Shown here: positions 29,068-38,464 of the stretch, piece after piece
Position numbering within the stretch: the stretch's first letter is position 1
Layout of the letters: each line of letters opens with the position of its first letter
DNA from: a virus
Virus record (IMG/VR): IMGVR_UViG_3300018080_000121
Coordinates: 57,293 to 121,292 of that record
Length of the DNA stretch: 64,000 bases
Reading direction: 5' to 3' (one strand)
Made by a program: the position numbers and the translations under genes
Notes under the pieces: generated by a model
Told to the model about the DNA's origin: nothing
What the model saw: the letters and a program-made list of their open reading frames with translations, nothing else
Databases searched by the model: none

Positions 29068-29730
29068 ATGATGATAGGGGAATATAGTTTAGGGTCTTTA
29101 ATAGATCCGAGTAAAATCAAAGAAAAAGAACTGATTCTGATTTTGAAAGAACTTGAGAATCGGAATTGTTGGATTTGTACAGACCCGGTTACCTCTTTGA
29201 AGAACCCTAAATGTGGAGATGATTGTTGGTTCACGTCAAAGAGTAATTGTTATCCAGACAAACCATTTACGAAAGGAAATAGAATTGGTTGTCGAAGTAA
29301 ATTTGCTGAACTCCTTGGAATTGATAAACTCGTCCAGGAAGTGGGAAGATCACAATTAGTATATCTTTTCAAGCATCTGGAGCTTGGATGGAGAATGCCT
29401 CAAAAACCGCAAATTGATATATTCGGCAACGAATGTGATCCAGATAAACCTTGGATACTCCATCATTATATACATCGATTTGATGATCTACATCAAGTGA
29501 GATGTACCTGGAGAGAACATAAAACGTTAGATGCAATGTGCAGACGAGGCGACTTAACTCTGATAAACATATTGCTCAAGACGAGAGAACGTAGTCCGGA
29601 TTTAGAACCAGGAGTAATCCTATCAAAATCACAACGAGAAGAGTATTACAGGTGTTGGAAACAAAATGGCAACGGCGTCTGGGGTTTGAAGGAAAACAAA
29701 GTTGATGTATTCCAGAATCTCTGGAAATAA
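29068..29730 (+). CDS. possible HNH-type endonuclease
   Basis: WILHHYIHRFDDLHQVRCTWREHKTLD is loosely beta-beta-alpha-metal like; free-standing position after folE2. Confidence 0.35.
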   Translation: MMIGEYSLGSLIDPSKIKEKELILILKELENRNCWICTDPVTSLKNPKCGDDCWFTSKSNCYPDKPFTKGNRIGCRSKFAELLGIDKLVQEVGRSQLVYLFKHLELGWRMPQKPQIDIFGNECDPDKPWILHHYIHRFDDLHQVRCTWREHKTLDAMCRRGDLTLINILLKTRERSPDLEPGVILSKSQREEYYRCWKQNGNGVWGLKENKVDVFQNLWK

Positions 29731-29742
29731 GAAGAGGGTGAA

Positions 29743-29997
29743 ATGATAAAACTATGGGGAGTTATACTTATAGTCAATGCATTCTCTCTTGGTCTGTTTG
29801 CGTCAGTAAATAACTGGGGTAGATGGAGCGGAATCTGCGCTGGTCTCCTTGTAGGTGTGGGTGTAAATATAATCCTCATGGATATTGGAGTATGGAAGTC
29901 ACTTGAGAGAAAAATTTTCAAATGGTTGGACAAGATCCAATTTGAAAAGAGAATGAAGTTTTACTGGTTGGTCGCAAAAGAATTTTTCAAACCATAG
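29743..29997 (+). CDS. small two-TM membrane protein
   Basis: two hydrophobic segments followed by a basic tail. Confidence 0.6.
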   Translation: MIKLWGVILIVNAFSLGLFASVNNWGRWSGICAGLLVGVGVNIILMDIGVWKSLERKIFKWLDKIQFEKRMKFYWLVAKEFFKP

Positions 29998-30000
29998 GAG

Positions 30001-30291
30001 GTGGAAATGGACATTGTAGATAAACTGTCAAAGGGAACCATCAAAACGTGGGAATGGTCTTGGAGAACTGTAGGTAACATATGGAATGGGTGGCCGCAAC
30101 ACAAAAAAGTTGGTGCTATAATCATCGTAACGGGCATAGTACTTGGGGTTCTGGTCTCAATACTTTTGGTCAATCGAGTGATTGGATCTTTCCTTGCAGG
30201 TATTGTAGCTGGACTGGGCATCCAAATGTTTATGGGGGATCAGAAAAATGAACAAAAAGATGCGCTTGGGTCTGATATTGATGCTTGTTAG
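30001..30291 (+). CDS. small two-TM membrane protein
   Basis: GAIIIVTGIVLGVLVSILLV / IGSFLAGIVAGLGIQMF. Confidence 0.6.
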   Translation: MEMDIVDKLSKGTIKTWEWSWRTVGNIWNGWPQHKKVGAIIIVTGIVLGVLVSILLVNRVIGSFLAGIVAGLGIQMFMGDQKNEQKDALGSDIDAC

Positions 30292-30403
30292 TATTCCAAC
30301 TGGGACATATGGTATGTTGGAGATAGATCCAATTTATTTAGTTTCGGGACTTCTCTTTGGAGTTGGCGCCTATCTCTTATATAAGGGAGGTGGTAATCGG
30401 TGA
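30248..30403 (+). CDS. small two-TM membrane protein (51 aa, not in ORF track)
   Basis: MNKKMRLGLILMLVSIPTGTYGMLEIDPILLVSGLLFGVGAYLLYKGGGNR; its stop overlaps the next start. Confidence 0.55.
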   Translation: MNKKMRLGLILMLVSIPTGTYGMLEIDPIYLVSGLLFGVGAYLLYKGGGNR

Positions 30404-30723
30404 TGTTGACTGGAAGACCAACATATAACACTTTCTTGGACAAAATCACCAAAGCTGATCTACTCATTGAGATTACAGATGGTGAAGCAAGAATTATTAA
30501 AAATCGTCGGGGTCACACTGAAAAATTCAACACAAATGACATTGTAGAGTTGATTATGCATGTGTTTAGTATTGACTTGGGAATTGACTTCTTTACGGAT
30601 GCTTTTAAAGTTGATCTTGGAGAAACATTCACAGAGTTGATGGTCAGACATATGCCTGAAGGGAGTGGTCGAGATAAAAAATGTACTGCGATTAGAAAAT
30701 TATGGAATCCCAATAGGGTCTGA
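30400..30723 (+). CDS. hypothetical protein
   Basis: GGAGG RBS. Confidence 0.5.
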   Translation: MMLTGRPTYNTFLDKITKADLLIEITDGEARIIKNRRGHTEKFNTNDIVELIMHVFSIDLGIDFFTDAFKVDLGETFTELMVRHMPEGSGRDKKCTAIRKLWNPNRV

Positions 30724-31063
30724 TCAATGGGATGTTTGTCAACCTTATGGAAATAGGATGTTAAAATGGAATCCAGAACCGTACGAGTATAGATTTCAAT
30801 ACAAATGGGTTGAACCAAATTCACATCCTAATCTAAATATCCAGCAAGGTGATATCATTAAAATATCTAGACATTTGGATAAACCACGATACGCACAGGG
30901 ACAATATGGTGTGATCATTGATAGATACGTACGAGAGAAATACAAAGGTACTACTTATCGAGATCACTGTTTTGTAATCATGTTGATTTCAGGTCCTAAC
31001 AAGGGACACGCATTCAGATTTCCTGCTAGCAAAGGTGGGAAAATTGAGAAGACTGTCTTCTAG
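30665..31063 (+). CDS. hypothetical protein (SH3/KOW-like C-terminus)
   Basis: IQQGDIIKI...GQYGVIID. Confidence 0.5.
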   Translation: MVEIKNVLRLENYGIPIGSDQWDVCQPYGNRMLKWNPEPYEYRFQYKWVEPNSHPNLNIQQGDIIKISRHLDKPRYAQGQYGVIIDRYVREKYKGTTYRDHCFVIMLISGPNKGHAFRFPASKGGKIEKTVF

Positions 31064-31073
31064 GAGGAATTGA

Positions 31074-31565
31074 ATGGAAGTCAAAAAAATCTACTTGGGT
31101 TATCCTCAGTATTACTCTATGTTATTTGAGTTTCTGAGGAGAAAATATGAAAAGGAAGTTACAGCGTGGGGGGTTTATCCGAAACCAAAATTCGTCCACG
31201 GTATACCAAGAGGTGGAGTTGCTATCGCTCTTCATCTATCCCATGCTCTTGGTCTTGAGTATGTAGAAAAGTTTGCAGATATTCTATATACGCATAGAGA
31301 TGGTGTTATTTATACTCTTACAGAAGAGGATAAGAAATACCTCCTTGTTGTGGATGATGTATCTGACACCGGTAAGACATTTCTTGAGTTCTTTGAATGT
31401 ATGAACCACAAAAGATTTCTTACCTTTACTTTATACGTGAAACCCCACACGAAATACTTTCCAACGATGTACTGTGAAGAAACAAGTGATTGGATTGTAT
31501 TTCCTTGGGAAAAAGTTGATGAAAAACCTAATAGGGAAATGTATGAGCACTTAGGAGGAGAATGA
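31074..31565 (+). CDS. type I phosphoribosyltransferase (xanthine/hypoxanthine-guanine PRT-like)
   Basis: GIPRGG, PRPP loop LVVDDVSDTGKT, YVKP, DWIVFPWE. Confidence 0.88.
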   Translation: MEVKKIYLGYPQYYSMLFEFLRRKYEKEVTAWGVYPKPKFVHGIPRGGVAIALHLSHALGLEYVEKFADILYTHRDGVIYTLTEEDKKYLLVVDDVSDTGKTFLEFFECMNHKRFLTFTLYVKPHTKYFPTMYCEETSDWIVFPWEKVDEKPNREMYEHLGGE

Positions 31566-32719
31566 AAATGACGGAAAGAAAGCATGTAGCAAAGACGTTG
31601 AAGGAAGTTTTAGATCACCCAGTTATGAAAATGGTATTGGACAAGACAGTCCCTCCATTTGAGATTGTGAAGGCAGTGGAAGGTTGGTGGAGTTTTGATA
31701 TGTACTCAAGGAAACCCGGACCAGCAATAGTAGATGGGATTTTCAAAGGTACCGATCTGGATCTCGCATGTTTCCTGATGACGATTGCGGAACGAGGCGC
31801 TGTGATCAATATCCCTACGTATAAGTCGATGCGTCCAAAGACGATTAAGGAAGGTCAGAGAGTTTCGTCTTCTACCAATCGTCATGGTCCGATTGTGAAT
31901 CTGACGTCCAACAAAGACGTTTTCTCATTTGGAATCAGGATCAAGGACGCCAATGTTATGACAACTGACAGTGTAGGAGATTATAGAACCTACTCACTTA
32001 CCGATCCGTCAGGGACATGGTATAGTGGATGGAACCGGATTGAGTGGGATCCTTCTGCAGAAGAAAACAAATTCCTGTTCGAGAATTCATTGTGGACAGG
32101 AAACCGCGTTGTCTTTAAGAACTTTGTGCATCCCAACAGATGGACAAGTCTTTACGGTAAGCATTATTTTATTACTAAAGCTCTCATTGAGAGGCTTACC
32201 GATCAAGCGAAGGATTATTTCGCTCAGATGAAGAGAATGCAAAAGGCAGGAATCCAATTCCCAGAAACTGGTGATGGTGCGCCGACCAAGTGGCCAAAGC
32301 AAGATCGGGAACAAGGTAAGTCAGTTAAGTTTCGATCTCTACAAGTCGAGGTTGACATCCCGCCGTACGAGGGAGAATATCCAGTGTTTAAGGATACCCA
32401 GGAAGATTTGGTCAGGTTAGATGGATGGAGAAGACTTCTCAATAACTCCATTATTCCTAATCTCAGGTTTGCAACCAGGGCGACAGAGTTGGCTTTCTTC
32501 CTCCATGGTATACAAGACGGTGTTGAAAGAAAACCCGCATGGATCGCTGGAGGAACAAAGTGGGAGAAGGATTATGTACCAAAAGGCAAAAGAACCAAGT
32601 GGGATCGACTTGTACTGCTCCAACCTAGTGTTGGTGAAAGAGCAGTCGCGATCCGGAAACGGATTCGTGAAAAGTCAGAAATTATGGCTATGGATTACCA
32701 AGGGGGAATCAATGGATAA
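31562..32719 (+). CDS. hypothetical protein
   Basis: 385 aa; GGAGG RBS. Confidence 0.7.
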   Translation: MKMTERKHVAKTLKEVLDHPVMKMVLDKTVPPFEIVKAVEGWWSFDMYSRKPGPAIVDGIFKGTDLDLACFLMTIAERGAVINIPTYKSMRPKTIKEGQRVSSSTNRHGPIVNLTSNKDVFSFGIRIKDANVMTTDSVGDYRTYSLTDPSGTWYSGWNRIEWDPSAEENKFLFENSLWTGNRVVFKNFVHPNRWTSLYGKHYFITKALIERLTDQAKDYFAQMKRMQKAGIQFPETGDGAPTKWPKQDREQGKSVKFRSLQVEVDIPPYEGEYPVFKDTQEDLVRLDGWRRLLNNSIIPNLRFATRATELAFFLHGIQDGVERKPAWIAGGTKWEKDYVPKGKRTKWDRLVLLQPSVGERAVAIRKRIREKSEIMAMDYQGGING

Positions 32720-33074
32720 ACAGACGTTGATCCAGTTGTATCTAAAAGAGAGGGAGTATGAGAAAAGAGTGTTTGGATCGTATGAGGACAATCCAAACCT
32801 CAACGTAGCAAGTTTCCTTCAGTTCATTGAAGAGACATTAGAGAAAGCAAAGTCGTCATACGCGAACAAATGGGAAAATAGTCTCCCTCCGTGGTTAATC
32901 GGGTGTAGAGAAGCAAAAAATAATACGGCTGCACCTGTCCTCACATATGAATATCTCATAAAAATTATGGCTTTAGCAGGCGCTGCTCTTGAAGCATATG
33001 CAGTAGTGAATGTTGATGAGTGGCGCCGTTTATTCGAAGTTAATCCAAAGTGGCAAGAGGAGGATATTACATGA
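32712..33074 (+). CDS. possible MazG-like all-helical NTP pyrophosphatase
   Basis: ATG 32712; EREYE...FIEETLEKA...EYLIKIMALAGAALE. Confidence 0.35.
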   Translation: MDKQTLIQLYLKEREYEKRVFGSYEDNPNLNVASFLQFIEETLEKAKSSYANKWENSLPPWLIGCREAKNNTAAPVLTYEYLIKIMALAGAALEAYAVVNVDEWRRLFEVNPKWQEEDIT

Positions 33075-33373
33075 TCAAGGACCAAGACGGGAATGAAGTT
33101 CCCGAAGAAGTAGTAGAACAAATCAAGAGTTCTATTGAAGTGCCAAGACTCACAGGTGAAGGTGATCTTACTGTTGAGAATAGCAACAGTGTAGACCTAG
33201 GGTCTGATGCGAAGAAAGTTGAGGAACCCGAACCAGAGGAGAAGGAGAAACAAGAAACTCCGCTACCTTCTATTGGTGACAAATTCATGCTGAACGGTCA
33301 CGAGTATAAGGTGGTATATATTAATGAGGGTAAGCGAAGATTCTCTTGCGTACCTTGCAAGGGGGTGTACTAG
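33071..33373 (+). CDS. hypothetical protein
   Basis: ATG 33071 behind GAGGAGG. Confidence 0.55.
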   Translation: MIKDQDGNEVPEEVVEQIKSSIEVPRLTGEGDLTVENSNSVDLGSDAKKVEEPEPEEKEKQETPLPSIGDKFMLNGHEYKVVYINEGKRRFSCVPCKGVY

Positions 33374-33391
33374 AAGGAGGGAATAGAAGAA

Positions 33392-34132
33392 ATGAACGAT
33401 AATTTGGCTCAAATGATCGACGAGACCGACGTTCCTGTGCAAGAAGAAACAGCTCTTGATTTAGAGGATACAACTCCCTCTGAGCAGGATACTGAGGAAG
33501 AAGAAGATCGACATGAGATTAGCACGGTCCCGTTGTCTGAATGGTTTTCTAAAAATCATCAGAACTTTCCGAATGTGAATCCGGTAAAGGTTTCAATTCG
33601 AGATGTTGATCCAGATGCCACTTTGATATTCTCTGTGGAGAATACAAAAGATATAAAGAATGATGAGGGTCGTCTGGTGAGAGAGATTGAAATCTTTAAG
33701 AAGGCGAAGACATTTCCTGTACTGAATCTTCCAGGTCATACAATGAATGTCTTCAATAACGGGTTCGTAATTGTGTATGATTGCGGTCAGGGAAGATTCT
33801 TGAAGTGTTATGGCGTCAAGACAGGTTTGATTACACAGTATTGTATCAGTGTTGATGGAAGTTTGATTCCGTATTCCAAGACAAAATTGAAAAAGAAAGA
33901 TACTGGTCTTGATATGGTCGAACCAGATATGACTGCTATTCAAGAGAGTCTTGGAAACGAACTGGATGCAGAAGGTTTGCAAATCCAGTATAAGCAAGTA
34001 CAAAAGTCAATTGATGACATTACCACAAAGGCGGATGCAATTAAATGGATGACTGACAAAGCGAAGGAAGTCACTGATATTAACCATTTGATGCAGATCG
34101 ACGATGTGTTGATGTGGTTGGCGTCATCCTAG
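33392..34132 (+). CDS. hypothetical acidic protein
   Basis: 246 aa; AAGGAGG RBS. Confidence 0.7.
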   Translation: MNDNLAQMIDETDVPVQEETALDLEDTTPSEQDTEEEEDRHEISTVPLSEWFSKNHQNFPNVNPVKVSIRDVDPDATLIFSVENTKDIKNDEGRLVREIEIFKKAKTFPVLNLPGHTMNVFNNGFVIVYDCGQGRFLKCYGVKTGLITQYCISVDGSLIPYSKTKLKKKDTGLDMVEPDMTAIQESLGNELDAEGLQIQYKQVQKSIDDITTKADAIKWMTDKAKEVTDINHLMQIDDVLMWLASS

Positions 34133-34154
34133 ACGTCGACACCTCCTCCCATAA

Positions 34155-34183
34155 GGGCGGGTAGACTAGTCACCTACCCGCCC
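34155..34183 (+). terminator. GC-rich inverted repeat (terminator or stabiliser)
   Basis: GGGCGGGTAG-N9-CTACCCGCCC, perfect 10-bp stem; no U-tract. Confidence 0.45.
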
Positions 34184-34201
34184 GACTCCAAAAGGTGAAA
34201 T

Positions 34202-34924
34202 ATGGACATAAACAAATCATGTCGCCTCGTCCTTCGGAATGTGTACTCATATGATATATCTTCTTGTCATTATGTAATTATGGAGAGGCTAGGATTTGAT
34301 ATGTCACAAATTCCAAAGGATGATAAGCAAGAAAGAAACACACAAATTGGAAAGTTAATGAGAGACAATCCTAGGTTGACCGCAGCTCTTAGGAACACGA
34401 CAGAGTCAACGATTAGTTCGTATCTTACATTGAATGGGATTAGTGAGGACGATCTAATATTGCGAGCATATGATGGGTTTGTTTCTAGTAAACTGTTGGA
34501 AAAAACAACTTCACAATATATCCCACTAGAGTTACGTCATGTATTTGAGTACATGGTTATAGCATCTAATCGCCAGAAGTTTATAGCATGGGGAGGTGAA
34601 TCTATCATCAAAGGGGTTCCCCATAGATATGAGGCGATGGATAAGATGTTTACAAAACTCCTACTTCTTAGAAACACGGACAAAGAAGCAACATTTACAA
34701 GACTTCAAAAGATCAAAGACGAAGTCGTAATTGGAGATGATAAAGCTCTATTTTGCATTCCAATAAAAAATAAGAAGTTTATCATCTTCTTAAAGGGTTA
34801 TGGGGAAACTGAGATCTCAGAGTCATTAGTCAATTTAATTGACATATCTGATATTGACAAACAACGATATTATGACTTCTATCTTCGACCATTTTGTGAG
34901 TCGATTGTATTAGAGGAAGCGTGA
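34202..34924 (+). CDS. truncated or split DNA polymerase palm-like protein
   Basis: motif A-like YSYDISSCHY, motif B-like ERNTQIGKLMR, motif C-like LRAYDGF; only 240 aa. Confidence 0.45.
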   Translation: MDINKSCRLVLRNVYSYDISSCHYVIMERLGFDMSQIPKDDKQERNTQIGKLMRDNPRLTAALRNTTESTISSYLTLNGISEDDLILRAYDGFVSSKLLEKTTSQYIPLELRHVFEYMVIASNRQKFIAWGGESIIKGVPHRYEAMDKMFTKLLLLRNTDKEATFTRLQKIKDEVVIGDDKALFCIPIKNKKFIIFLKGYGETEISESLVNLIDISDIDKQRYYDFYLRPFCESIVLEEA

Positions 34925-34936
34925 AAGGAGGTTAAG

Positions 34937-35680
34937 ATGTGGTCATGTTTGAAGGACCAACTTCTAGCTATTCTCTGTGTAGTTCTATTTAGTTTCATGT
35001 GTGCTGCTTGCGATTCATACTCTGAGGGTGATGAGCTAGCAAACAAAGCATTTGAAAAAATGACTGAACAGGAGAAAACATACTACAGTAAAGTTCAAGA
35101 CGCGTGGGGAGAGAAGTATCTCACATTTATAAGGGCTGCTATTCGAAAGAGAATGTACAAACCAGATGAGTCATCTATTCCGTTTGGAGATATTCCTAAA
35201 CTTATAGTATCTACAAATGATGTGACAATGACAATTGAAGAATCATGGACAGGAGACACAAGAAAGAGACGAGGCGCAAATAAGTTTAGTGAAATTGATG
35301 GTAGGTGGTATGACAAGATTCGAACTCTTGCTACAGGCGGCGAGAAGGAAGACTCTTGGAAGAAACAATCTTACAAACCTGCTAAACAAGAACCGCCGCC
35401 AGTTTCAGAACCAATGTATGTTGACTCGTTTGTAGTATCTTCACCGCCACCAAGGGTAGAGGAATTCGAAGAGGGTGTTCAATATGATATGGACGATCTT
35501 CTTCCTGATGATGAATATCTGGATTTAAAACTACAGATTTCTAAATGTCCTTTGGCGAAGGCTTATCTGTCAAAGGTAGTGAGGAGTGGTCGACCGATTA
35601 CCCTGAAGGATAGGGATGTAATGGTTGAAAAAGCTCTATATTGCAAGAGTGTTGCGTTGAACAATTCATTTGCGGAATAG
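34937..35680 (+). CDS. exported protein, possible lipoprotein
   Basis: hydrophobic signal ending in lipobox-like CAAC-DS. Confidence 0.5.
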   Translation: MWSCLKDQLLAILCVVLFSFMCAACDSYSEGDELANKAFEKMTEQEKTYYSKVQDAWGEKYLTFIRAAIRKRMYKPDESSIPFGDIPKLIVSTNDVTMTIEESWTGDTRKRRGANKFSEIDGRWYDKIRTLATGGEKEDSWKKQSYKPAKQEPPPVSEPMYVDSFVVSSPPPRVEEFEEGVQYDMDDLLPDDEYLDLKLQISKCPLAKAYLSKVVRSGRPITLKDRDVMVEKALYCKSVALNNSFAE

Positions 35681-35692
35681 AAAGGATAAGGT

Positions 35693-36688
35693 ATGATTAA
35701 GGAAATCAAAACAAGTAAATATAGGATTTCATTTAACACAGAAACCGGGGAAGAAGAATTGGAAGGGATTAATGGAAACGACGATCCCTTTTCTCTGGAA
35801 TTTCCGAGTATGCTGGACATTGGAATTATGGGTAGCTGTCCGAATAAATGTAAGATGTGTTACCAAGGAGATAAGGTGGAGCCACATATGACTCTGGATC
35901 TGTTCAAACAAATCATTGACGAAGCAAAAGATGGTACATGTCAATGTGCGTTGGGTGGTCGTGGAGATCCAAATCTTCATCCGCAATTCGAGGAGATCAT
36001 TAAATACGCATGTGAAAATGGTGTGATTCCAAACTACACTACCAGCGGTAATGGTCTTACAGATGAACAAATAGAATCATCCAAAAAGTATTGCGGAGCT
36101 GTTGCTGTTAGCGACTATGGAAAGGAGTTCACATTCTCAGCTTTAAACAGACTGATGGATGCAGAAGTCAAAACAAATATTCATCTAGTCTTTTCTGCGC
36201 CAAACTTCATGAAGTCGATAGCCATTTTAGATGGTCAAGATGCATGGAGTGGTCGTGTCAATATAGAGAAGTTAAATGCTGTGATATTTCTCTTGTTTAA
36301 GCCACAAGGTCGTGGTAGAGATTTGGAGAAATGGATTCCAACTGATCTCATGCTGGAATTATTCAGCTATGGAATTGCACTTCCAAAAACGAAATTTAAA
36401 GTTGGGATGGATAGCTGCTTAGTAAACCATATCATGAGGTTTAGAAAACTCAACAAGTTGGAACAGGAGTACGTTGACACTTGTGAGGGTGCAAGGATGA
36501 GTTGTTACATTACACCAGATGGGAGACTTGTTCCTTGTTCATTTGGAAACCATGATGAATATGGAAGTGATATTAAACATCACGGAATAAGGAGAGTATG
36601 GAATGACGGACTTGCATTCAAAGGATTCAGAAAGACTCTTAGATCAAGACCAAATCAATGCCCTTTTGAAACGGACGGTTGGCGTTAG
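35693..36688 (+). CDS. radical SAM enzyme with SPASM/Twitch-type C-terminus
   Basis: CPNKCKMC, ALGGRGDP, TCEGARMSCYITPDGRLVPCSF...NQCP. Confidence 0.9.
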   Translation: MIKEIKTSKYRISFNTETGEEELEGINGNDDPFSLEFPSMLDIGIMGSCPNKCKMCYQGDKVEPHMTLDLFKQIIDEAKDGTCQCALGGRGDPNLHPQFEEIIKYACENGVIPNYTTSGNGLTDEQIESSKKYCGAVAVSDYGKEFTFSALNRLMDAEVKTNIHLVFSAPNFMKSIAILDGQDAWSGRVNIEKLNAVIFLLFKPQGRGRDLEKWIPTDLMLELFSYGIALPKTKFKVGMDSCLVNHIMRFRKLNKLEQEYVDTCEGARMSCYITPDGRLVPCSFGNHDEYGSDIKHHGIRRVWNDGLAFKGFRKTLRSRPNQCPFETDGWR

Positions 36689-36875
36689 AGCAATTGGTCA
36701 TGGGTTGATTGGTCTTGGAAAAGGATTAGCTTCCCTTGGTATTTGCGCAGTAGCACTATATGTCATCAAATATCATTATGAAGATATAAGTCTATTTTGG
36801 ACAGCGGTGATGGGAGGTGGTCTTATCGCGGGCATTTGGAAGTTTGATTGGGATTGGAATGGAGGGATATTTTAA
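36603..36875 (+). CDS. small membrane protein
   Basis: two Gly-rich hydrophobic segments; the true start may be internal. Confidence 0.5.
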   Translation: MTDLHSKDSERLLDQDQINALLKRTVGVRAIGHGLIGLGKGLASLGICAVALYVIKYHYEDISLFWTAVMGGGLIAGIWKFDWDWNGGIF

Positions 36876-36887
36876 AAGGAAAGAAAA

Positions 36888-37166
36888 ATGAAGAAAAAAC
36901 TAGACTTTGTTACCAACAGTTCGTCATCCAGTTTCGTAATAAGTTTATGTGATCTATCTCCAGTCCAGCAATTTGCTATCATGAATTATAAAGATTTTTG
37001 TGAATGTTTGGGTTGGGATGATTTCTATATGGCTGGCGACGACAACTGGAACATCGTATCTGGCGTATCCGAAATAAAGGGTACTACTTTCATGGACAAT
37101 TTTGATATGTACCAGTTCTTCGAGAGACTTGGAATTGACATGGAGAAAGTGAGGTGGAGTTCATGA
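36888..37166 (+). CDS. FVTNSSS-tag protein 4
   Basis: MKKKLDFVTNSSSSSFVI. Confidence 0.75.
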   Translation: MKKKLDFVTNSSSSSFVISLCDLSPVQQFAIMNYKDFCECLGWDDFYMAGDDNWNIVSGVSEIKGTTFMDNFDMYQFFERLGIDMEKVRWSS

Positions 37167-37531
37167 GAAAGAGATTAGACTTTGTTACCAACAGCTCAAC
37201 TTGTAGTTTTCTAATCGTTGGATGGGAGTTGCATAAAAGTCAACTTCCGGACAAATATAAAGACGAAGATGGTTACTTCGATTGGGAACGGACAATGGAT
37301 GACCAGGAGAGATTACATATTGAGGTTATGTTAGGTCGTGAGATGGGCGCCAAAGATGACGACCATATGATTGTTGGTGTTGACTGGGGTGGTGGAGATA
37401 TTGAAGATGATACCAAAGAAATCGCTATGAAAGATCTCCTTGAAGTCCAAAACAATGGTGAAATCAGAGAACTTTTTGGGATTCCAAACGGCGTAGATGC
37501 GTCTGTATTTTTCGGAATAAGGATGTGTTAA
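37163..37531 (+). CDS. FVTNSSS-tag protein 5
   Basis: ATG 37163; MRKRLDFVTNSSTCSFLI. Confidence 0.75.
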   Translation: MRKRLDFVTNSSTCSFLIVGWELHKSQLPDKYKDEDGYFDWERTMDDQERLHIEVMLGREMGAKDDDHMIVGVDWGGGDIEDDTKEIAMKDLLEVQNNGEIRELFGIPNGVDASVFFGIRMC

Positions 37532-37532
37532 C

Positions 37533-38084
37533 ATGAAACGAAAAGCCGATTTCGTAACTAATAGTTCGAGTACATCATTTACATTTATATTCAAAGGAAC
37601 TGATAAGAAACATCTCTTTGATCTTCTCCTAGCCAGAAAACAACTATTTGATCTACATTACGAGTCTGAGTGGGATGATGAAGGAACAGTTCATGAATGC
37701 ACCGTAGAGGATGTGATTGCTGCACTTGACAAGTTCTTGAGTGGCAGACTCTCCAGTCTGGACTTTAGTGGAAAGGTTGAATATATCAATGACCTTCTAG
37801 CTAGGAGGACTGCAGATATTCGATCTTGGGAAGAAATGTATGAGGATGATGTGGAGGATTGGGAGCAGAAGTGGATTACTGATAGTATCTCTGAGATAAA
37901 ACAAATCATCGGATTAATTAAGGGCGCTAAAGATCGAGGTCTTCTCTCAGTCGTTCAAATGGGTTTTGGAGATAACCACGGCGAAGTTTGGGGCGATGGA
38001 CTCGGAGTCGTAATGGATTATAAAGGAAGGAGGATATTTGTGAATGACGACGATCTCGTCATATTTACAGAACAAAATAGGTGA
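37533..38084 (+). CDS. FVTNSSS-tag protein 6
   Basis: MKRKADFVTNSSSTSFTF. Confidence 0.75.
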   Translation: MKRKADFVTNSSSTSFTFIFKGTDKKHLFDLLLARKQLFDLHYESEWDDEGTVHECTVEDVIAALDKFLSGRLSSLDFSGKVEYINDLLARRTADIRSWEEMYEDDVEDWEQKWITDSISEIKQIIGLIKGAKDRGLLSVVQMGFGDNHGEVWGDGLGVVMDYKGRRIFVNDDDLVIFTEQNR

Positions 38085-38087
38085 TTC

Positions 38088-38453
38088 ATGAAAAAGAAAG
38101 CAGATTTCGTAACTAATAGTTCCTCAGCGTCATTTGTGATGATCTTGCAAGCTACAAATGAGAATATTGATGTTGAGGACTTTCGAAAGAACTTTAACGA
38201 GTACTTAGAACACTATATGAAAGAAACTACGTACTCAAGAGAAGGTAAGAACAACATGCACTTTTGGGAAGCACTCCAGGTTCATGCTGGAGCCGTTCCA
38301 GGTGTTTTCAAGGTGTTAGATGGTACGTCAATGTACAATTGTCAAGATGACATTCCAAGGTACATGAGAGATATGTTAGTGAGACATCACATTGGCGGAT
38401 TTTTGGATTACGGGTTTAAACTAATTGACTTTTCAGTCGAACGAGACAGTTAA
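38088..38453 (+). CDS. FVTNSSS-tag protein 7
   Basis: MKKKADFVTNSSSASFVM. Confidence 0.75.
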   Translation: MKKKADFVTNSSSASFVMILQATNENIDVEDFRKNFNEYLEHYMKETTYSREGKNNMHFWEALQVHAGAVPGVFKVLDGTSMYNCQDDIPRYMRDMLVRHHIGGFLDYGFKLIDFSVERDS

Positions 38454-38464
38454 AGGAGGAGAAA

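Noticed and set aside
30400-30723. DnaB/RecA-like helicase fragment (IIKNRRG)
   Set aside because: Only one short motif, with no Walker A or B.
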